A stretch of 63,997 bases of DNA, filler included, from Perkinsus olseni (Eukaryota): the NCBI GenBank assembly GCA_013115125.1. It is 6 parts of 6 records of this genome, joined end to end, with 100 filler letters (N's around TTAATTAATTAA, not from the genome) between each part and the next. Parts side by side here need not be neighbours in the genome. Positions count along the whole stretch, not along the records: positions 1 to 10,952 come from JABANN010000850.1; positions 11,053 to 21,978 come from JABANN010000851.1; 4 more parts are not named here. One strand, 5' to 3'. Each line of letters starts with the position of its first letter. Positions within the stretch are counted from its first letter, which is position 1. The translations under genes and the position numbers were made by a program. This document shows positions 1 through 11,473 of the stretch, piece by piece. Below the pieces are notes generated by a model. It did not search any database, had not been told where the DNA came from, and worked only from the letters and a program-made list of their open reading frames with translations.

Positions 1-75
1 TCAAGTTCTGAACTGTTGGGTTCAGTCAATGTCTGACAACCCTCAAGGGAGCGGAACACCTGCCGTTAATACACC

Positions 76-1263
76 ATGCCCACTAACATCCTCCCCGTCA
101 TGATCGATCAGTCAGCGCATGGTCACCTTGTCGGCTGCGAGGGTATCCCGGAAGGCACAGCGATCTCTATAGCGGCCTTCACCTATGCCGTTGGTATGAC
201 CATATCCCCACCGCTCATGGGTTGGCTGTCGGACAGGCGTGGACGTCGGCCGCTCCTGCTCGCCTCCATGCTAGGCGTATCGATCTCGTACTTCTTACAA
301 GGCTCGGCTACGGACTACTGGTGGTTCACGTTCTTTCGCTTCCTCACTGGCCTTAGCGGTGGTGGCCGCCCGGTGGCTATGGCCTATGTAACGGATACTC
401 TCACCGACACGAAGCGCCGCACATTGTATTTCTCCTACATTAACATGATACCAGGTCTCTGCCTCGGATTGGGACCCGCCTTTGGAGGGCTGCTGGCGTT
501 CTTCAGTCTGTCCGCACCCTTCTACTTTGTATCGGCCTGGGCAGTCGTGGTGTTCACGCTGCTCTACCTTTACCTACCTGAGTCCCTTCATCCCTCTAAG
601 ATCGCTGCCAAGCGGCTAGGGTCGAATCGAGAAGCGCTACTGCCCGAGTTGATCGAGGACAACACTGAGCTCGACTGCCACGCCTTCACCCTCCTCTACT
701 TTGTCTCCTCTATGGCGATGTTCATAGTGGTGGTCATTGGTCTGATGTGTCCCCTGGTGCTGAGGGACTTCTTCCATATGACATCACTTTCGGCAGGAGT
801 ATCTAATCTGGGTGACGGTACTCTCATCATCTTAGGGACATTCGTCTACATTTACTTAGCCAATGAAGCTGGCTACTCGAGCAGTTTTCTTGGGGCCTCG
901 GGCCTACTCGTGTACGGTATGGGCTGCCTTTTCCTCCCAGCGACCTTCCATACCCTCTGGCTCTTCCTCACAACCAAATGGATTCTCCTCGGTGTACCGC
1001 CATCGCTGACCTTTGCAGCATTGCCGATCATGGTCGCTGAGTTCTCACCTAAGCATCGCAGCGGAGAGCTTATGGGCTACTTTACCCTATTTCAAGGAGC
1101 TGGTCGTTTAGTTGGGACAATCACAGGCGGTCTCATGTACGACGCCCACCCCTATGTACCATTTCTGACTGCCGGTGCCGGGTCAATCCTGGGAGGTTCT
1201 GTCTGTTCTTTGCTCTACCACAGAGTACACCGTTTTAAAGAGCCCGGCATAGTCGAAGTGTAG
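76..1263 (+). CDS. MFS transporter (TetA/MFSD10-like), copy 1; lacks first TM helix
   Basis: MFS motif A (GWLSDRRGRRP) and many hydrophobic helices; aligns with copies 2 and 3 from MPTNILPV; an in-frame stop lies upstream where TM1 should be. Confidence 0.85.
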   Translation: MPTNILPVMIDQSAHGHLVGCEGIPEGTAISIAAFTYAVGMTISPPLMGWLSDRRGRRPLLLASMLGVSISYFLQGSATDYWWFTFFRFLTGLSGGGRPVAMAYVTDTLTDTKRRTLYFSYINMIPGLCLGLGPAFGGLLAFFSLSAPFYFVSAWAVVVFTLLYLYLPESLHPSKIAAKRLGSNREALLPELIEDNTELDCHAFTLLYFVSSMAMFIVVVIGLMCPLVLRDFFHMTSLSAGVSNLGDGTLIILGTFVYIYLANEAGYSSSFLGASGLLVYGMGCLFLPATFHTLWLFLTTKWILLGVPPSLTFAALPIMVAEFSPKHRSGELMGYFTLFQGAGRLVGTITGGLMYDAHPYVPFLTAGAGSILGGSVCSLLYHRVHRFKEPGIVEV

Positions 1264-1606
1264 GTTTGAGTAGAATCTTTTTCTCAAGTTTGTTGTCATT
1301 ATTATTATTGCTATTATATTCGTACTATACCTTTTGTGATCGATGCACGAACAGCCTGCAGAGATCTTCGAGTGACACTGCTATCCTGACTAAGTAGCTA
1401 GGTCCATTGAAGCATACCGTCCCCGAGGAGTTGTGTTGGCAGGCTAATATGCAAGGAATGCATCTTGCGGCTTTCCATGGTTCTCCCTCTCTGCGGGCTC
1501 AGCCGTCGAATCTGAGCCTGTTGCACCAGGCTCTTTGTGAGGGCCCATCGGAGCAGGCTTCCAAGGGCTCGCTGGGAGTGTTGGTTGATTCAGCTCAATT
1601 TGTACC

Positions 1607-2923
1607 ATGGCCGAGAGTTCTGGTAGAAGGGACCTCGTCGAGTCGACAGCTGCACCACTCAGCGGCATGGCCAAGTTCCGGCTCTACCTGGTGTGCTCCG
1701 TCGTTTTCATTGACTTCGTCGGCTTGTCTCTGCCTCTCAACATCATCCCAGTACTGGTGGATGTTAAGTCCCCACACCATCTAATAGGTTGCGAGTCCCT
1801 TGGCTTGGGCAAGGCCTACTCGATAACAGCCTTCGCGCACGCAGTGGGCATGAGTATATCCCCGCCGCTGATGGGTCGAATGTCTGACAGGCTGGGCAGG
1901 CGCCCCCTGCTGCTTGCCTCGATGTTTGGAATCGCTGTGGCCTACACCTGCCAAGGCTTGACCCGAGATTATTGGTGGTTCGTGTTTTACCGCTTCCTCA
2001 CAGGCCTGGCTGGAGGAGGTCGTCCGGTTGCTATGGCCTATGCAATGGATACTGTACGGGACCCCAAGCGTCGCACTAGCATTTTAGGCTTCATCAATAT
2101 GATCTCTGGCCTTTGCTTCGGAGTTGGTCCGGCCATCGGTGGTCTCTTCTCCTCTTTCGGCCTGTCCGCTCCATTCTTCGTTGCTGCTGCTGCCGCGACC
2201 GTCACCTTTGCGTTGCTCTACATCTACCTCCCTGAGACCCACCATAAGTGCCGCGCTTACGAGGTAGCGACGAGGAGCCCCGGCGTGACTCTGCGTGAAC
2301 CTTTACTACATGAACCGAGTCCTGCTCGGGTGGATTGGGTTGCCTTCATTCTCCTCTACTCGACCTCGTGTATTGCCGTTATTAGCACTACAGTGTACTT
2401 CATTATTGCGCCCTTAGTGCTCCGGGATGTCTTCAACTTGGACCCTCTGACAGCCAGCGTCACCTACCTTGGCGACGGCGTTACGGTCATCTCAGGGGTA
2501 TACGTCCTCATTTACTTCTGCAACACTCTGGAGTACACAAGCGCAGTGGTGATGACGGTTGCAATTCTCATCAACGCGATCAGTGCCGGTCTTTTTATGC
2601 TATTCCTAAACTCGATCGGACTTTACCTCCTAGTCAAATGGGTTGTTTTCGACACAACGATGTCGATTTTTTTCGCCGGCTGTCCTAATATTGTTGCTGA
2701 CCTGGCCCCTAAGTCGAGAATCGGTGAGCTCATGGGCTACATGACCCTCTCTCAAGGTGTGGGTAGACTGGTGGCAACGGCTGCGGCAGGTCCCTTATAT
2801 GACATGGATGTGTACGTTCCCTTCACCACTACAGCGTGCGGCTGTCTAGTAGCCAGCCTGCTCTCTTGGTGCATGTTTTGCCGAGCTTACTGGAACGTGG
2901 CTGTGAGCCATCAAGAAGTGTGA
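1607..2923 (+). CDS. MFS transporter (TetA/MFSD10-like), copy 2
   Basis: Intronless 438-aa ORF, motif A GRMSDRLGRRP, motif C-like GFINMISGLCFGVGPAIGG, about 12 TM segments. Confidence 0.9.
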   Translation: MAESSGRRDLVESTAAPLSGMAKFRLYLVCSVVFIDFVGLSLPLNIIPVLVDVKSPHHLIGCESLGLGKAYSITAFAHAVGMSISPPLMGRMSDRLGRRPLLLASMFGIAVAYTCQGLTRDYWWFVFYRFLTGLAGGGRPVAMAYAMDTVRDPKRRTSILGFINMISGLCFGVGPAIGGLFSSFGLSAPFFVAAAAATVTFALLYIYLPETHHKCRAYEVATRSPGVTLREPLLHEPSPARVDWVAFILLYSTSCIAVISTTVYFIIAPLVLRDVFNLDPLTASVTYLGDGVTVISGVYVLIYFCNTLEYTSAVVMTVAILINAISAGLFMLFLNSIGLYLLVKWVVFDTTMSIFFAGCPNIVADLAPKSRIGELMGYMTLSQGVGRLVATAAAGPLYDMDVYVPFTTTACGCLVASLLSWCMFCRAYWNVAVSHQEV

Positions 2924-3428
2924 GCCGCGCGACCTCTCTACAGTTACAAGGAGGAATGTGGGCCTCGCACCATCCATTCTGCTAAGACGAGGCGTTTTTA
3001 TCATTTTTTCGAGAGGTTCTTTCGGCTGTTACGAGGGGCCATGCATAATTGAGATTCATTTGCCGCGCAGAGACTAGCTACAACGAATATTATTATGCCA
3101 CAGTGACTTATGACTCGATGAGATGTCTACCATTGAGCGCTGGTCTTCAACATTGGTCACGTGGCGTCTTCGGGACTGATAGCTCGTTACACTTGCTACG
3201 ACATGAGCTACCAATCGGCTTTGAGCACTTGCGTTCTGGGTGCCTGTTAATGGTGGACGTGGGCTCCGATTCAGTGGATACTCAACATAGTTTGAACTCG
3301 GATAGCGGGGGTGGTGAACGTTTTCAACAGCCGAAGCTGTTGTGTTCAGAGGGCAGCAAGAGGGATGCCTCTCGTAATTACCTCATTCCCTTTGTCCTGT
3401 ACTGTAGGCAGTCTCTTCTCATATTAGT

Positions 3429-4682
3429 ATGGCCACACGGGTACAGGTGTCCTCGGTCCGAGGCGGGTTCCACATAGCTCTGGTATGCGTGGTCGTACTC
3501 ATTGACCACCTCGGAATGACCATGGCCCTCAACATCATCCCCATCCTGGTAGACCCCTCCTCCCCTGCGCATCTCAAGGGCTGCGAGACCCTGTCCCGTG
3601 GCGCAGCCTACTCCATCTGTATGCTGTCCTATGCAGTCGGGATGACATTCTCACCAGCTGCGATGGGGAAGCTGTCCGACAAACTGGGTCGTCGACCGCT
3701 GCTCCTGGCCTCGATGAGCTTCATCACCGTCGCATACGTACTGCAAGCCATGACCTACAGCTTCTGGTGGTTCGTAACATTTCGCATCCTCAACGGCTTG
3801 GCAGGTGGAGGCCGTCCAGTAGCCATGGCGTATGTGGCGGATACAGTGCGTGCTCCAAGCAAGCAGAGGGCCTACCTAGGGTACATGAATATGATACCCG
3901 GCCTGTGTATGGCTGCAGGGCCCGGCATCGGTGGTGTTCTCTCCATCTTGGGCTTAAGAGCCCCCTTCTATACCGTCGCCATAGTTGCTGCTGCGGTAAC
4001 TGTGCTCATCTACGTTGACTTACCCGAGTCAAATGGTCGAAGGGGCCTGATGACTGATGTGAAGTCACCACTTATACAGCCGGAGGCCCTCCCTGTGGAA
4101 GTGGTCCCTTGGCGAGCCTTCTCTCTCCTCTACTTCACTGCAATGATGTCGGGCTTCAACAACTCCGTGGTCAGTGTTGCGACCCCGCTGGTTCTCAAGA
4201 ACAGCTTCAATACGAATCCCGTGGTAGCTGGTGTCACTTACCTCGGCGATGGCTCTATGATCATCCTCGGCTCCTACCTCTTTGTTTACTTGAGCAATCG
4301 CGCTGGTTACAATGCCAATGCTGTGGTGGCGGGCTCGATAACTATCTACGGCCTTACCAGCCTTTTGTTACCCTCAATATTCGCTTACCCTTGGCTCTTT
4401 CTCTCTATCAAGTGGGTGCTGCTGGGAGTCACCACATCCTCAGTTTACAGTGCACTGCCGGGCATCGTTGCTGCTTTGGCGCCGGAAGCTAGAAAAGGCG
4501 AGATGATGGGCTACATGTCCTTTTCGCAAGGCATTGGTCGTCTGGTCGGCACAGGCTCGGCGGGTCCCTTCTACGATTTTGGTCAAGCAGTACCATTTTT
4601 CTCGGCAGGGATTGGCTCCCTACTCGCTGGGGTTGCTTGCACGGCTCTTTACTGCCAAGTTCGTAACAGAAGTCCACTTTGA
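3429..4682 (+). CDS. MFS transporter (TetA/MFSD10-like), copy 3
   Basis: Intronless 417-aa ORF, motif A GKLSDKLGRRP, paralogous to copies 1 and 2. Confidence 0.9.
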   Translation: MATRVQVSSVRGGFHIALVCVVVLIDHLGMTMALNIIPILVDPSSPAHLKGCETLSRGAAYSICMLSYAVGMTFSPAAMGKLSDKLGRRPLLLASMSFITVAYVLQAMTYSFWWFVTFRILNGLAGGGRPVAMAYVADTVRAPSKQRAYLGYMNMIPGLCMAAGPGIGGVLSILGLRAPFYTVAIVAAAVTVLIYVDLPESNGRRGLMTDVKSPLIQPEALPVEVVPWRAFSLLYFTAMMSGFNNSVVSVATPLVLKNSFNTNPVVAGVTYLGDGSMIILGSYLFVYLSNRAGYNANAVVAGSITIYGLTSLLLPSIFAYPWLFLSIKWVLLGVTTSSVYSALPGIVAALAPEARKGEMMGYMSFSQGIGRLVGTGSAGPFYDFGQAVPFFSAGIGSLLAGVACTALYCQVRNRSPL

Positions 4683-4789
4683 GACCTTTCAAGGCTGTCC
4701 ACAAAAGGCTATTGTTGAGTTCTACCAGCGGACGGCTGACTGCAATGGATATGCGAATCGATTCGGCAGCCAATGTTGCTCCGGTCACA

Positions 4790-5861
4790 ATGGCCCCTTT
4801 GAGCTGGCTAGTCTACTTCACGTCGCTGCTCTCAAGTACTGCGCGGATTCCTAGGGACCCAGTCGCTCTCCTACGGGCATATGAGCGGCCCATCGATAAA
4901 GGGAAAATCTCCACGGAGTTCATCGCCTGCCAAGTACTGCAAGCCCAACGCACAAGCAAGAGATTCCCGTGGGGACGACGAGTGCCGTACTCCCTCTTCC
5001 TCAACGACGTCTTGCCGGTCGCGTCTCTATCGGAAAAAGCCAACGACTTCCGTGGGTGCAACTCTAGTGGCTACGGCCTGGACTTCCGGCGGTTTATGGA
5101 GTCCCTGGTGGAGGGCTGCCGAGACGTCGCCTGTGCTGTCATGACCCTCAACGAGAAGGGGTGGGAGTTCACCGACCCGCCCATCGTATTCGCCGCGGCC
5201 CCTCCCAACGAGGCTGACCCTTACAGCTTGTACGAAGTCATCGAGAGGAAGAGCTCCTCATGCACGGGTGACCATGGAACGGCAACCGCTGACTAGTCAC
5301 GGTCATGGCTCAGGTCTGGCCCTGTACTTGGTGGCGGCTCTGAGGTCCGTCGGTATACCAGCGAGGGTAGCGGGGACGCCTCACTGGAATAAGGGGGCTC
5401 CTCAATGCCCCAATGGAGATGGAGACGCCCCTTGTGGCAATCACAATTGGGTGGGCCAGCGCTTTCTTCCCGTGGGGGAATAGAGTAGGCTACTGGCTCA
5501 GGTAGAGGTATACATTCCCGGGCACGATGGAAGTCCTCCGGGTTGGACGGTGGTGGATCAGCGCAGTGTGCCTTTGAGCTCTCTTAACACGTCATTCTTC
5601 ATACCATCACCAGCTCGCCACCAAGATGGGCTCACAGTCAATCACACGATGTATGCAGCATCGTACGCTCCACCGGAGATGCTGTTGCATGAGGAAGACT
5701 ATCCGGTGGGGGAGGGAGTACTGCCGGCTGAGCACTTTCCACTAGTGTTTGACTGGGCCTACGACTCGGTGCCGGCTTGGAACACCACGGCCATGTACCA
5801 TCAGTTGGCCGACGGAGGCAGTGCGAATGATGACGTCGCTGCTGCTGCCGAGACTTCTTGA
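4790..5861 (+). CDS. Transglutaminase-like (Cys-His-Asp) protein, probably secreted, 2 introns
   Basis: Removing GT-AG introns 5268-5313 and 5451-5501 joins SSCTG|LALYLVAALRSVGIPARVAGTPHW..GNHNW|VEVY..VVDQ in one frame; hydrophobic N-terminus MAPLSWLVYFTSLL. Confidence 0.8.
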
Positions 5862-7854
5862 AAGGCGTCGTCCCATCCAACTTTATTTGATCACGAGTCC
5901 CGGGATATTTGAGCGGCTGTGACGCGTCGCGTTATCGAGGAGGCTCTGTTCGGGGCCTTTCGCGGATCACCGGGTATTCCGCGGCTTGCGCGAACTCGTC
6001 ATTACTAAGAGAGAGATACTATGATTCCGCGGCTGTCAGATGTCGCGGTACTCTCCTTAACACACTCGGTGAGAGCGCCACGCAAAACTTGCTGTGATGG
6101 GCTTGATCGGGGTGGGGAGAGGGCTTACCTGCTGGGGTTTTAGGCGGGTTGATTTCATTGCCGCAGTCGGCGCGATTGGATTTTACCACTGGAGACTCGG
6201 GAAGAGGATCCCTCCCGTGGACTCTTCATGCTATGCATGCTACCCACGATGATCTCTGAACGGTGTTGCGGTTGTAGTCGGATGGATCTCCTTGGAGCAG
6301 CCTCTACTGTAGTTCGGGTATCAATGCCTCCTGCCGGATTGCCGCAGCTCGCGCGACTATCCTAATTTGAGACCACTAATGCAGAAAAACGTAGTGAGCG
6401 CCTGAAAGGGTGAAAAGTGATCGTAACGTGAGAGAGCGCGTTGCGAAGGTCTAGGGTTGTGACGGGGGCTTCCCCCCGTTGGAGGCTCCCAGAAAGCTCG
6501 ACTCCTTTGTGTCAACCCTGCCCCACTGGGTACGCGTGAAGGGCGCGTATCCTTTCGCCAGGTTACAGAAGTGGAAGGAATGAGTCGGGATAGTGGATCC
6601 TATAGGGTCGATGCGGGGACGGCCGGCAATGCTACTTTCCACTGGCGGTGGGGTAGTACTCTAGCCCAATGGGTGGCCGGGGGTACCCGCCCAGCTGTAC
6701 GTATCGAACGCCTCACGTGCAAAGGAGTTGACGTCTTATCAGAGTAGGCGGAGGTCAGCGTCCCGTCGGGAGGGAGCTTCCTTCCCTCTGGCATTGGAGA
6801 TCCTCCTTTGGGCTTCTGATGTGACGCGCATATCGCTTAGTTCGCCTCCTCCCGTTTCGACAGACGCACGAGAGGCTACGGGGATTGAAGGGCGGTAGCG
6901 CTGTCTTCCCGACCGTCACACCTCGCGCGATTCGAGAAATTGTGTTAACTCACGAGTATCAAAGTGCCACTGTCTTGTAGGCATGTGCTGTAGGAACGAC
7001 GTGGAAGGTAGTTGCGGTGTCTAACGAAGCGATTCTGAAGCTTTGAGTAACTTCTGAATTGACGTTCACGCGCAAGCAGTAGTTTTAGAATTAAATAGGC
7101 TTACTGAGTCATGTAGTTTGGTTTACTTGGAAAATTCAACACAGCCCTTGAGAGGAACACGGTCGGCGTTGGGTCCGCGCCGCTATCTTCCTCTGCTCCT
7201 GCTGCTCCTGCTGCTGCTGTTAATGTTGATGTTTTGCAGTTACCTGTATGCCCAGATGCTGAGCACTAGGATGCTTAAGCATACGCCATCAGTGCGTGTG
7301 GTGGTCGATATCTACACCGATGAGAACTCGGTATTTAACAAGTGCAAATATGGAGTGGAGATAATGAGTCAAAGTCTAGGAGCTGAGTCGAACACAAAAT
7401 TTATTCGAAAGTTGTGCAAAAAGCGGTATAAGATAGCGCGCCACAGCCTGCCAGAACCCGTCGAGAGTGGTCCAGTCGGAGCGCCACTGCGAGCAAGGGC
7501 GGCCTCGCGTAGGTCAAAGCAGCCTGAGAAAGCCAGGACAGCTGCCCTGGAGACGGAGGGTCTAGGTTCAGATGTAGCCCGAGTCACCACTGTGTGATGA
7601 TGTTCACATGTTGTTGTCTGTAATACTCGTGTTCAAGCTACTACTTGCGTTACTCGAGTTGCAGTGGCTGATTGGACGGAGGCGGCCTCCTCAGTATCGG
7701 CCCAGCCTGTGTCGCGGCACCGAATAACGAGGCTATTTTCGGGCGTGCGCGAAATGCTCCAAGGAGATCCAGCATGAGAAGTATATATCTATTATGTTAA
7801 GAGTATATGATTGAGTTCCCATTGTAGCTAATTAGTTAGGAGCATGCAATGCGG

Positions 7855-7876
7855 ACCGTAGCCATCTTGGCTCAAG
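7855..7876 (+). other. Perkinsus-type spliced leader exon (genomic relict copy)
   Basis: ACCGTAGCCATCTTGGCTCAAG matches the known 22-nt Perkinsus SL; it is followed by TGTA, not a GT donor, so it is not an SL RNA gene. Confidence 0.9.
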
Positions 7877-8779
7877 TGTATTCTGTTTTTGCTCTCCCCT
7901 CTTCATGAGTAGTCGCGTTGACGATCCGTCCAAGACTGACGAGTCGGGCAAACCCAACACTGGCTCGAAGTGTGTGGTGGGTCCAGTAGTGTTGTAGAGC
8001 CCGCTTCGAGGGGCTTCATGCCTCTTATGCTGCTGGGGCTGGTAGTGACGTGTGGGTACTGATGCCTCGGCAGCCAGCCTTGGCTCACTCCCCCTAGGAC
8101 GCAGCACTGCTGCTAAAGAGATTGTCACAGTGTCTTCTTCAAATTGTCCGTGTTACCTCATTTTAGCGTCTGAGCCCGAAGGGTCACCTCAAGGGTAGCC
8201 TGAGCCTCGTGGGCTTCACGACTACCGTTCCTTAGAGCCATTATCTGATTCAATACGGGTGCTGATTAGCATGATGACCGACAGGATCACGAGGTGTCCT
8301 CGCCTTCACTCTGCTATGGGTTATTGTGGATACAAGCGGAGCCCGTCGCTTCGCTCCGGAGTCGCTTCGCTCCAATGGCGGCGGCGCTCTCAGCAGAAAT
8401 GTTGTGCAGTTAGGCGTAAGTGCAGGAAAGTGTGAATTCTTCACGCGCGATGTAGTGAATGAGTACAGTTCTTATGAGAGATGTAGAGAGGGAATGTGAA
8501 CGCACCGGCTTAATGAGGAAGCTGTGGAGTTGATTGAGACGTATGTCAAATACGGGAAGATATAGAGGTGGAACTGTGACAAACTTCTCGAATGTGAGTA
8601 TTTCACGCACGATTATGTTGAGCTCAAATACTGTAGAAGTATTAATGGTGATAATCCTCTGAGTAGTGAAGCTCGCTCGCCCTTTTGTCCGAGCGAAAGT
8701 CCGTCGCTCGAGGTTAACTTTCCCCTCATCTTTAGCCCTTACGTCTCGTCGCGACAGTAGCCGTTTCATCTTCCCATGC

Positions 8780-8900
8780 CTACTACCGTCTTGTCGATGC
8801 CTTGGTACACGCCCGCCGGGTATTTCGTTACCGCAGTACGATCTCAGTGCAATCTTCTTTGAATCCGCTCCCAATGGCCACTGCTGCTCGTCCATCGAAG
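8780..8900 (-). mobile_element. Probable Gypsy integrase C-terminal remnant
   Basis: QQWPLGADSKKIALRSY..GGRVPRHRQD resembles the W..G.I....RSY.V...RH.DQ tail of Gypsy integrases; degenerate. Confidence 0.3.
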
Positions 8901-9109
8901 AGGCTCCTCGTGAATCTGGCTTTTCTGCTAGCCATGGTGTCCTCGGTTCATGTGAGGGGGACCTCTCGACCCTTCCGTAACATGTTTCATCCTGCTGATG
9001 TTCTTAGGTCGAGGAGGGGGAAGGTGGAAGCTGCTACGTTGACGATGAGAAGGGCCGTAACTTACGGCCCTTCTCATCGTCAACGATGTCAAAGATGAAA
9101 AGATGTTTC

Positions 9110-10860
9110 CAGGGGACCCCCCAGGGGGTTAAAATGCCCCCACTGCGTCGGGTGGTACCCCCAAGTAAGCTGACCCCCATTCCAGGTGTGACCCCCCCCT
9201 ATGGTTCCCCCTACTCTCGCACCCCCCCTAGAAAATTGATGGGGGGGGTTTATATATGCCTCGTTGATGTCTTGCGTATTTCTCGTAGGAGTGCGCAGTA
9301 CAATATAGTATGAGACGAGGCGAGTTTATCAGCGCAACAATTTGGTCATGATAGATACAAGGAAATCAGGGAAAAATCAAAGGGCTTCATCTCCGTGGCG
9401 ATCATTCTCGTCCTCATCATCCAGGCAAAGTCTCCTTGGGCACTTGCAAAAATCCACGAATGAAGCATCAATAATAGCATCAAGCTCTCCTGCTCGATTT
9501 GCCCAACTGGTAGACTTGGGATGGGGCACCTCAACACCATTGCTGGATATAGTCATCAAGTACTGCAGATGTTGCTGAGACAAGTTCGATCTCTTGGTAC
9601 TCAAAATGCGCCCCACTCTTGAGAAGGTCCTTTCGGCGCTAGCGGATCCACATCCTATGGTCAATACTCGCTTGCACAGCTTGAAGATGGTTGAAAACAT
9701 CACACAGTAGTTCTTGTGCAATGCGACTTCTTCGTCAGCAAACACCATGGAGAAGGGATCGAAGTCCGGGTCTTTACATAGAGCTCTCCACTGAGTCCTC
9801 AAATCCTCCTTCTCGCTCGCCATACCACAGAATTCAGCTACAGGCCCGAAATCATAGTCGATACGGCGAAGGTTCTTGTCGAGGCTGAACGCCTCGGAGA
9901 GAGTAATCAGAGGCTCAATGTCGGCGAGAAGCCGATCATGAAGAGAACTGCGGAGCTTGAGCATGTACGCATCCATTTCATCGTCCAAACTTTCGACTCG
10001 CCGAGATGCGCGGCGGTTAGTCCGTGTTGGAAGGTAGTCACTCAGTTCGTATCCAAGACCTTCTAGCTCACCTAATTTTTCCTCGACCATATCGTCAATC
10101 GAAGCCATCTCTGACGAGTCGCTTAGTTCGCGTAGAGAGGCCCTCACTACGCCTACCGTTTGGAGCATTGCCATACCTTCCTTCTGCAGTTGACGACTGA
10201 GTGAGCTGAGGATGGAAAGGACATGATCCAGCCGGTAGAGGCTCCTAATGACCTCCCTTGTGGACCACAAGGGAGGTCATTAGGAGCCTCTGATAGTTGT
10301 GGTTACCACAACCACAAGTTGTGGTTAGCATCTGATAGATATGAAACGCAACTCCATCATCATCAGCCAGATCGCCAGTACTAGCTAGGAGAGGCAGTAG
10401 GTCATTGAGCACCGCACGGACCGATCTATCATAGGAGAGCCATCTTGTTGTAGTTGGATTCACGAGACGAGCCAACTTGGAGTCGACCTGAGCGCTCGCA
10501 TTGCGCAGATGCGCAAACTTTTTAGGAGACCGGGCGTAGAAATTGTAGATGGATGTGACTAGCTCGAGCAACTTAGTAACCAATCTGGAATTGCTCGCCG
10601 CTGACAAGCATGCTAATTGCAGGCAGTGCGAGCGGCAGTGCAAGACTGGAACGTGGGGAGTATTGAAGTGGGAGTTCACCCTCCTACCCACTCCAGTGGC
10701 CACTCCTTGAAAGACGCTGGCGCCGTCGTATACCTGGGATGTCAGATGGTGCTGCACATCGAGCCCTATGTTCTGCAGTACCCTGATGACTGTGCGGGAG
10801 ACTGACTCGGACGTGGCCTCATCAAGATCCTCCAAGGCGACGAAAATCTCCTCGAGCCCT
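9110..10860 (-). mobile_element. hAT transposon 3' part with frameshifted ZNF862/ZMYM1-like transposase
   Basis: YDGASVFQG, HCRSHCLQL (CxxH), TTRWLS and dimerisation motif SASAERTFSRVGRILSTKRSNL in ORFs 10245-10835 and 9377-10270; CAGGGG terminus with C/G-rich subterminal DNA at 9110; 5' part cut by contig end. Confidence 0.88.
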
Positions 10861-10952
10861 TGGTGAACGGAGGGCTCGCTTCCATGCGGGGTACCTCACA
10901 AATGTTAGCCCGAGCGGGAAGGGCCCCGCGAGGGCCTAGGGCGAGCGCGGGT

Positions 10953-11052
10953 NNNNNNNNNNNNNNNNNNNNNNNNNNNNNNNNNNNNNNNNNNNNTTAA
11001 TTAATTAANNNNNNNNNNNNNNNNNNNNNNNNNNNNNNNNNNNNNNNNNNNN
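10953..11052. other. Artificial contig spacer
   Basis: N44 + TTAATTAATTAA (stops in six frames) + N44. Confidence 0.99.
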
Positions 11053-11117
11053 CCCAGGATCGAACTGAGGACCTCCAGATCTTCAGTCTGGCGCTCTCCC
11101 AACTGAGCTATCTGGGC
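11053..11117 (-). tRNA. tRNA-Phe(GAA), 3' end cut by contig boundary
   Basis: Reverse complement GCCCAGATAGCTCAGTTGGGAGAGCGCCAGACTGAAGATCTGGAGGTCCTCAGTTCGATCCTGGG: D arm, CCAGA-CTGAAGA-TCTGG anticodon arm, T loop. Confidence 0.93.
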
Positions 11118-11447
11118 TGAAAATACATGATCAGTACTCAGCTCTTACGGATTTAAATCACACCCCGCATGTCAACGGCACGTAAATTTCCTTCCAGAAG
11201 CTCGAAGAATAGGCAATTCATGCACTATTGCTTCTCGGGTTGGCTAGAACTTGCTCGGCTTCGTATATAACCGGCATCTGCATGTCACGATGAGTCTCAG
11301 CGTGCCTCCGCCGGTCTCATCGGAGAGCATGTCGCGATTGATAACGCGCGTCATTCCCCTCAGTCGCGTCATTGTCGCTCCGAGCAACCAGTACAACGGC
11401 CATGGCGGAAATTCCTGAGTGCAGCCTGGCATGAAAAGGGGCAAGGG

Positions 11448-11473
11448 TGCTATTCCCGGATTTGAACCGGGGA
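11448..11473 (-). pseudogene. tRNA 3' fragment (T arm plus acceptor strand)
   Basis: TCCCCGGTTCAAATCCGGGAATAGCA with TTTT shortly downstream; no recognisable 5' half. Confidence 0.5.

Noticed and set aside
10997-11008. TTAATTAATTAA recurring about every 11 kb
   Set aside because: Artificial six-frame-stop linker between size-sorted contigs; adjacency across it has no biological meaning
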